Assembly (NCBI GenBank): GCA_027483385.1
Contig: JAIXUT010000195.1
Span: 1 to 62,679, forward strand
Length of the DNA: 62,679 nt
DNA from: Alphaproteobacteria bacterium
Lineage (GTDB): Bacteria; Pseudomonadota; Alphaproteobacteria; UBA2136; UBA6156
Direction: 5' to 3'
The first letter of the stretch is position 1. Every line of letters starts with the position of its first letter. The position numbers and the translations under genes are program-made. The notes under the pieces are model-generated. The model had not been told where the DNA came from and ran no database searches. It was given only the letters and a program-made list of their open reading frames with translations. Below, in pieces: positions 57,705 to 62,679 of this stretch.

Positions 57705-59087
57705 ATGACACAAGAAGAACTACAAGGCAAAATTTCCAAAATGGAAAGCGGCCTGAAATCCGGTGCAATCCCGGAGGGCGCTCGCGCTAGCGTGGAAGCC
57801 GCTTTAAAAACGGCTAAAGCAGAACTTGAAAAAATGTCAAGTGCTGCACCTGCTGAACCTGCTCCTGCCAACGATCCAGTACCCAAAGCAAAGCCAGGTC
57901 CAAAAGCCCGTGAAAAACGTGCAAAAAAGAAGGCTGCCCCATTTACCGGCAAGGCGGTTGATCGTGATGGCAACGAAATTGAGGTAGGCGATATGGTTGA
58001 AGTACTTGTCAAAGGCGAAACATTTGATGCCCAGGTAATCAACTTGAAAAAGGTTGAAGGCGGCGGCCACCAGGTACGCTACAAAGATGCTTCCGGAAAG
58101 GTGAAAACGCCCATGCTTCAGCCCGGTGCAATCATGCTGAAAACCAAAGGCGCTGGTGTACTCGACATTAAAAAGCCAATGCCGGCAGATAAGGTAAAAA
58201 AGGCAGAAACGCATGATCGCGTAGACTGTGAAGACAATCAAAACATCTTGATCACGCCTGAGGGCATTGTAGAAATTGACGTACCCAACGTCGCGGATCC
58301 AGCAAAAGGCGACCGCATTTTGGCGCATCCCGATGGAACCCCAATTGCAGTAATTGAAGGCGCTGAAAAAGGAAAGCATTTCAAGAAAACCAAAGAAGTA
58401 AAAACGAGCACAGACAAAAAAGGTCAGGTTAAAATTGACATCGAGGACGCACCGGAGGATGCAGCCAAACAAAAAGATAACGACGATAAAACAAAATACA
58501 CCAAGGTGAAGGCTAAAAAGCCTACCGGCAAGTGTGAGTTTACCCGCGAACAAGCCAAGTCACCATCGCTCATGACATTCCTGGAAGGCATGCGTATGAT
58601 GTGGCATGATGGTGAGAGTAAGGACAAGATTGTAGGCGTGTACTACATTCGTGAAACGAATAAAATTGTGCTCAAAATTAAGGTGTATGACTTTTTGGAC
58701 CTTTTTGGCACCATGAAATACTTTGCCGTATGCCCTGAATCGGGCAAATTGACAAAGCACGAAAAGCCCGTGCGCGGTACCTATTCCGTCCTGCTTGGTG
58801 AAGATGCAATGAAGGAATATTACCGACACCCATTTAGCGCATCTTGTAAGCGCGTAAGCCGTGCACTGTACGTCGAGTGTTACAAAAACGGCGCATGCAG
58901 CACAGAAAAGCAGCAGCGGTTGTACCAAATTTTTGCACAGAAATGCAGCCGAAAAGAAAACGAGTACAGCCGCGAATACATGAAGTACGCGCATGCCAAA
59001 ACCGCTGAAAAGTGGGATGGCTACACTGGCAAAAAAACCTACTCGCAGATTTTCAAAGAAGTCCTTGCAGATTTGCGCAAGGCATAA
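57705..59087 (+). CDS. Lys/Ala-rich basic protein
   Basis: 460 aa with a low-complexity AxPAxP/KAK N-terminus and a Cys-containing C-terminal domain. Confidence 0.6.
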   Translation: MTQEELQGKISKMESGLKSGAIPEGARASVEAALKTAKAELEKMSSAAPAEPAPANDPVPKAKPGPKAREKRAKKKAAPFTGKAVDRDGNEIEVGDMVEVLVKGETFDAQVINLKKVEGGGHQVRYKDASGKVKTPMLQPGAIMLKTKGAGVLDIKKPMPADKVKKAETHDRVDCEDNQNILITPEGIVEIDVPNVADPAKGDRILAHPDGTPIAVIEGAEKGKHFKKTKEVKTSTDKKGQVKIDIEDAPEDAAKQKDNDDKTKYTKVKAKKPTGKCEFTREQAKSPSLMTFLEGMRMMWHDGESKDKIVGVYYIRETNKIVLKIKVYDFLDLFGTMKYFAVCPESGKLTKHEKPVRGTYSVLLGEDAMKEYYRHPFSASCKRVSRALYVECYKNGACSTEKQQRLYQIFAQKCSRKENEYSREYMKYAHAKTAEKWDGYTGKKTYSQIFKEVLADLRKA

Positions 59088-59189
59088 ACCCTGAAACCAA
59101 TGCTTATACTTTCGATTGTGCTGGTAGTTGTTTCTATGTTTAAGGACGATCTTTCAAAATGAAACCCACCACTAAACCAACCTCAAAAA

Positions 59190-59903
59190 ATGAGTTTTTT
59201 CAGTGATATATTGAAACAAAAGATATTTGACGCTGAGCGCGAATATCAAGAAGATGTACTTGATGAAGGTAATAAAACCCGATGTGGCACATTTTCAGGC
59301 ACCAAGTTCGGTATAACGCCAAATGCCTGGCAAAACTATACCGGAGTGAAATGTCCTGACAAGGCTACCATGCAGGCGATTACCTTTGAACAGGCAGTTA
59401 AATTCATGAACTGGTATGGCAAGTTTTACCGTGTTTGGGAAATAGCCGATCAGGATTTTGCCGAATTGGTATTCAATTCATTTTATGGAAATCCAACAGA
59501 AGCGGCAAAAACGCTCCAACAAGTATTGAATACGCGAAACTACCGTCTTGCAGAGGACGGCATTATGGGCAGCCGAACTATTGCGGCCGTAAATGTTGAA
59601 GCAAGTAAGGATAAGGTAGGCTTATACAACCAATATCGCCAGGCTTGGGCCGACTATCTTGCCAGTATTGGCAGCATAAGATTTGGTGTTGGCTGGAAAA
59701 ACCGTATGGATACCTATTTCCCACCGATCATCGAACAACCGGATTATGTGCAACCTTCCGCACCCAAAAAGTATGGATGGGAGTTGTTCAAAGCTCGCTT
59801 ATCGGGAGCGCTTAAAAGCCGAACTGATGCCATTTGGGTGTTTGGTAGCCTCATTGGTTTAGGGATGGTTGTTGTTGCTGTTCGAATGAATGCAAAAAAA
59901 TAG
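59190..59903 (+). CDS. GH108/PG_binding_3-like muramidase candidate with C-terminal TM anchor
   Basis: 237 aa. The N-terminal GTKFGITPNAWQNY region and the LAEDGIMGSRTIAAVN peptidoglycan-binding motif are present. C-terminal TM segment IWVFGSLIGLGMVVVAV. Confidence 0.5.
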   Translation: MSFFSDILKQKIFDAEREYQEDVLDEGNKTRCGTFSGTKFGITPNAWQNYTGVKCPDKATMQAITFEQAVKFMNWYGKFYRVWEIADQDFAELVFNSFYGNPTEAAKTLQQVLNTRNYRLAEDGIMGSRTIAAVNVEASKDKVGLYNQYRQAWADYLASIGSIRFGVGWKNRMDTYFPPIIEQPDYVQPSAPKKYGWELFKARLSGALKSRTDAIWVFGSLIGLGMVVVAVRMNAKK

Positions 59904-59906
59904 ATC

Positions 59907-60545
59907 ATGCTAAAAGGCATTTTAAAAAACCAAAAAATTCAATTAACCCTGTTTGCCATCGCGTCAATCGCGTCAATTATTGCTACTTGGTTCCTATACC
60001 GCCGATTATTCCGGGATGGTATAGGAGCCACTGGCTATTTTGACGATGAGGGAGGCCTTGGCGACGAAATAACAGAAGATATGGCAAAATATCCCACTTA
60101 CGGGCAACAGCCCGTTATTCTCGACCATTTCAAAATCAGTGAATTTGACAGCCCTGATGCGCCTGGTTCTGGTAATAAGATGCGTGTACAGTTTCTTATG
60201 ATGTACAACGCGGCCAGAAACAAAGCGGGCATCCCCTTTGTAATCAATAGTGGATATCGCACAACGGCTCACAATATCCAAGTAGGAGGCGTTCCTAAAT
60301 CGTCGCATACTCGGGGATGGGCAGCCGATACAAAAGCTTTGACTATTGATCAACAGGCTGCAATCGTACGCGCTGGACGTGAAGCGGGATTTACGCGGTT
60401 TGGTATCTACAAGACATTCATCCACATGGATTGTGATCCGGCCAAAAAAATGAACGTTGCTTGGTATGGGAAAAACACGAATGTTGTAGCCAAAGGAGGC
60501 GATTTTGTGAAAGCAGGATTCCCGTTTGATCCATTTACGGTATAA
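59907..60545 (+). CDS. Peptidase M15A (L-Ala-D-Glu / D-Ala-D-Ala type) endolysin with N-terminal signal-anchor
   Basis: 212 aa with SGYRTTAHNIQVGGVPKSSHTRGWAAD and FIHMDCD zinc ligands. N-terminal TM segment LTLFAIASIASIIATWFLY. Confidence 0.8.
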   Translation: MLKGILKNQKIQLTLFAIASIASIIATWFLYRRLFRDGIGATGYFDDEGGLGDEITEDMAKYPTYGQQPVILDHFKISEFDSPDAPGSGNKMRVQFLMMYNAARNKAGIPFVINSGYRTTAHNIQVGGVPKSSHTRGWAADTKALTIDQQAAIVRAGREAGFTRFGIYKTFIHMDCDPAKKMNVAWYGKNTNVVAKGGDFVKAGFPFDPFTV

Positions 60546-60587
60546 TAAAAAATATAATTATAATTTGTATGATTCCATGTAACACAT

Positions 60588-60595
60588 TATATTTG
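60588..60595 (+). promoter_or_regulatory. -7 box TATATTTG in the convergent gap
   Basis: Perfect match, with a TTG 20 nt upstream and the terminator hairpin ~38 nt downstream. Confidence 0.35.
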
Positions 60596-60632
60596 TGTCA
60601 TTCATGAGATTATATACAATTGGAAAACACAG

Positions 60633-60670
60633 CGCCCGACAGGTAAAGACCTGGCGGGCGTTTCCTTTTT
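60633..60670. terminator. Bidirectional intrinsic terminator
   Basis: The stem cgcccgacaggt/acctggcgggcg (11 of 12 bp) is followed by tttcctttttt. It lies between the convergent endolysin and regulator genes. Confidence 0.6.
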
Positions 60671-61194
60671 TATTCTAAGCGAAAGGATACCGTCCCTACG
60701 CTAGTTTTTACTATATGATTTTGAGTATCAATGCCCACCATTACCGATATTAGTAGGTACAGTGGCGTTTGCATGTATAGCCAAGATTTTCGGGCTATTT
60801 TGCCCGAGCTGTACCCCGCAATTTCGGCAATAGCGCTCCATGGAACGTTACCATGAAGGTACCTCCGTTCCATATCTTCAGATCCTTCCTTTAAAATCGA
60901 AGGCTTCATCTCCTCTAAAAAAATATCAACTTGTTGGGTGGTAACTAAACCCGATTCAATACTAAATCCAGGGACAGATAGACTTTGTGTTTTTGTGAGC
61001 ACCATTAACTTTAGCACATCTTCTACACTAAATCGGTCTTTGTGTAGCGCCCGGTGTACGCTGCTTTTGTTCGCGTATCCCAACGGTTCAGCCGCATCGG
61101 ACATGCTTACACCTGTGTCAAGCATTGCATTTCGGACAGCACTTTGTAGTTCCGATACTATATGCATTATTTGCAATATATTTGTTTGTTTCAT
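60670..61194 (-). CDS. Putative DNA-binding regulator next to the integrase (Xis/recombination directionality or regulator)
   Basis: 174 aa with two HTH-like segments (VSMSDAAEPLGYANKSSVHRAL and WSAIAEIAGYSSGKIARKSW). Confidence 0.4.
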   Translation of the reverse strand: MKQTNILQIMHIVSELQSAVRNAMLDTGVSMSDAAEPLGYANKSSVHRALHKDRFSVEDVLKLMVLTKTQSLSVPGFSIESGLVTTQQVDIFLEEMKPSILKEGSEDMERRYLHGNVPWSAIAEIAGYSSGKIARKSWLYMQTPLYLLISVMVGIDTQNHIVKTSVGTVSFRLE

Positions 61195-61225
61195 CTTTTG
61201 CCAAATGTACCCACGAAAGGTTACA

Positions 61226-61233
61226 CAAATATA
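61226..61233 (-). promoter_or_regulatory. -7 box TATATTTG, minus strand
   Basis: caaatata on the + strand, 32 nt upstream of ATG 61194. Confidence 0.4.
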
Positions 61234-61238
61234 AGGTT

Positions 61239-62432
61239 TTATTTTAACTCCATAGATGCAACGGCATCATAGAATTTTCTGATACTATCCAGCGCCTTAC
61301 GTTCGGCGTAAATTTCAGACACTTCGGTGGACTTAATCCCTAGGATATTTTTCACATCGTCACGATCCATGGCGCGGTCATTAATGATAATTTCACCAGC
61401 AAAGTGACGGCCGTAATGTGATGTGATAGGTCTACCAATAACCAATACGGAAATAGCCTGTAATTGAGCTATGAAGTTATTGTAAGTTGATCGCTTCAAC
61501 AAATAACCATCTTGCTGAAAATCTAGCAAATTTTCAGCATCCCATTGGGTAATGGGCACCACCGCTGCGGTTTTCGTCTTTTTTTTGGGCTTTATAAAGT
61601 AACGATACATAACGCCATCTACCTCTTCCTGTGTGTAATGCTGTTTTTGAATAAGCATACTTTCACTCCAACGCGCGCCACGGCAACAAATGAAAAAGCA
61701 TTTCAGTGTTTCCTTTTCATTATCAGTTGCTTTTTGCATAAAATAGTCTTTTAACAGCAAGTATTCATTAACCGTAATCTGCTTTTTATCAGACAAGCGG
61801 TTTATTTTTAAGGTTCTTTCAAAAGGGTTTTTTATATCTATTTGTTCTGATTTTAGCACTTTGTTAAATACTACTTTTATATTCCTACAATATTGGGCAG
61901 CGATGTTATCATTATGCTTTTCAGTCAATATGCTCATAAAATTGGTAACATCTTGATTTTTTATATCAAAGATTGAAGTGTTGCCTAAAATATTAATATA
62001 GGCTTTAACAGCAACCTTATACGCCTTATGGGTTGCCTTGCTAATGATTCCTTGAGATTTCTCTTCATCCAACACTTTGACAAAACTTTCGTAGAGCATG
62101 ATAGGTGGCTTTTCTTCACCAGATAAAAAAGCCTTGAATGTTTGAAACGAAAACTGTTTTTTATCATCTGACATTTTTAAAACTGCCAGCGTTGCTTGCT
62201 CAAGCAAGTTATTCAAAGCCATGTTTATACGTGCAGCACTTTCCCCGCCTAACATTGCTGACCTGGAACGAACTTTTGTTGCAATGGGATCCCAATCTTT
62301 TTCAAGTACCTTAAAGCCAGTACTTATGTAGTTTGTCTTATAGTTATGTGCATATCGAATGTATAGCACCTTCCTCCCGTAACGATCTTTACGGCCATGC
62401 AACACAATGGTAACGGTAGGTAACTGTTTCAT
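61239..62432 (-). CDS. int: Tyrosine recombinase/integrase
   Basis: 397 aa from ATG 62432. The track start at 62435 is a GTG. Bacteroidota-type N-terminal arm-binding region, CRGARWSE (Arg), HYGRHF (His-x-x-Arg) and a C-terminal SEIYAE (Tyr). Confidence 0.85.
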   Translation of the reverse strand: MKQLPTVTIVLHGRKDRYGRKVLYIRYAHNYKTNYISTGFKVLEKDWDPIATKVRSRSAMLGGESAARINMALNNLLEQATLAVLKMSDDKKQFSFQTFKAFLSGEEKPPIMLYESFVKVLDEEKSQGIISKATHKAYKVAVKAYINILGNTSIFDIKNQDVTNFMSILTEKHNDNIAAQYCRNIKVVFNKVLKSEQIDIKNPFERTLKINRLSDKKQITVNEYLLLKDYFMQKATDNEKETLKCFFICCRGARWSESMLIQKQHYTQEEVDGVMYRYFIKPKKKTKTAAVVPITQWDAENLLDFQQDGYLLKRSTYNNFIAQLQAISVLVIGRPITSHYGRHFAGEIIINDRAMDRDDVKNILGIKSTEVSEIYAERKALDSIRKFYDAVASMELK

Positions 62433-62505
62433 CACCAGTCAATAAATTGGTAAAGAATATAATAGGCAATAGCGCCTAATAAAACCCACAAGACAAAAGA
62501 AAATG

Positions 62506-62513
62506 CAAAAATA
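62506..62513 (-). promoter_or_regulatory. -7 box TATTTTTG, minus strand (integrase promoter)
   Basis: caaaaata on the + strand is a perfect match. Confidence 0.4.
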
Positions 62514-62516
62514 CCA

Positions 62517-62548
62517 ATAAACGGCCTGATAAAACGAGATAAACGGCC
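62517..62548 (+). repeat. Direct 10-bp repeats ATAAACGGCC x2 (candidate arm-type sites)
   Basis: Copies at 62517-62526 and 62539-62548 (period 22 bp), between the integrase gene and the attR core. Confidence 0.4.
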
Positions 62549-62560
62549 AATTATGAAAAA

Positions 62561-62581
62561 AAAAAAATAATATCCTGTTAA
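62561..62581 (+). repeat. attR core candidate (21-bp direct repeat)
   Basis: Identical to 99-119. Confidence 0.7.
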
Positions 62582-62605
62582 CCTTCGAATGCATACGAAT
62601 TGCCG

Positions 62606-62613
62606 TACTTTTG
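62606..62613 (+). promoter_or_regulatory. Host-side -7 box TACTTTTG pointing out of the window
   Basis: Perfect TAnnTTTG match 25 nt outside attR. Confidence 0.35.
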
Positions 62614-62679
62614 CACGCTGCTAAAGCAATCGGCAGTTCAAATCAAAGCCCCATTCCACTCTTTCTTACCAGCAGCAAT

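Larger units (their letters stand above)
99..62581. mobile_element. Integrated prophage-like element (~62.5 kb) bounded by 21-bp direct repeats
   Basis: The identical 21-mer aaaaaaataatatcctgttaa occurs at 99-119 and 62561-62581. The integrase gene ends ~130 bp inside the right repeat and the repressor/Cro-like switch lies just inside the left repeat. Replication, structural and lysis modules lie between. Confidence 0.75.

Noticed and set aside
57837-58553. 238-aa minus-strand ORF.
   Set aside because: It is antisense to the Lys-rich 57705-59087 gene, whose AAG/AAA-rich codons give a stop-poor, Phe/Leu-rich opposite frame. It is a shadow ORF.
99-62581. Interpretation as an integrative conjugative or mobilisable element.
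   Set aside because: I could recognise no relaxase, coupling protein, VirB4/TraG-type ATPase or Tra-like mating-pore genes. Two muralytic enzymes, a coat-like gene with its own terminator and a CI/Cro-like switch fit a temperate virus better.

Overview
The window is almost entirely one ~62.5-kb integrated prophage-like element (99-62581) in a Bacteroidota-type host. Host evidence: TAnnTTTG -7 promoter boxes at operon starts, A/C-rich leaders without Shine-Dalgarno sites, and a cargo lipase with a T9SS C-terminal sorting domain. The element is bounded by a 21-bp direct repeat. It has a tyrosine integrase at the right end and a divergent CI/Cro-like switch at the left end. Gene order: (1) switch plus early/replication genes on the + strand (0.2-10.8 kb: DnaB helicase, C5-cytosine methyltransferase, many small Zn-ribbon proteins). 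(2) An opposite-strand accessory island of four self-terminated cassettes (10.8-17.2 kb: secreted lipase, a 4-gene operon with an A10 slippery tract). (3) A ~24-kb late operon (17.5-41.0 kb). (4) About 25 small accessory genes including a Dam methylase (41.5-49 kb). (5) An N6-methylase, strawberry-notch helicase and AAA+ block (49-57 kb). (6) Two membrane-anchored muralytic enzymes (59.2-60.5 kb). (7) A regulator plus the integrase. No rRNA, tRNA or CRISPR array was seen. Three observations stand out. (a) The late operon has no recognisable large terminase, portal, HK97-type capsid or tail genes. It encodes a Zot/pI-like P-loop ATPase, a small beta-rich major-protein candidate, 22 membrane proteins (most of them small), Cys-rich tail-anchored proteins and four Sec-signal fibre-like proteins. 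This suggests a membrane-containing, non-tailed or otherwise novel virion with an unusually large genome. (b) About 15-17 co-oriented copies of a GNRA-loop, bulged-A hairpin followed by CCCCGAC sit immediately upstream of late genes, and their stems covary. (c) Cargo includes a secreted SNase-type nuclease, a stand-alone metacaspase-like protease and a split DarB-like methylase/helicase. All functional calls come from motif reading by eye. None has been checked by database search.
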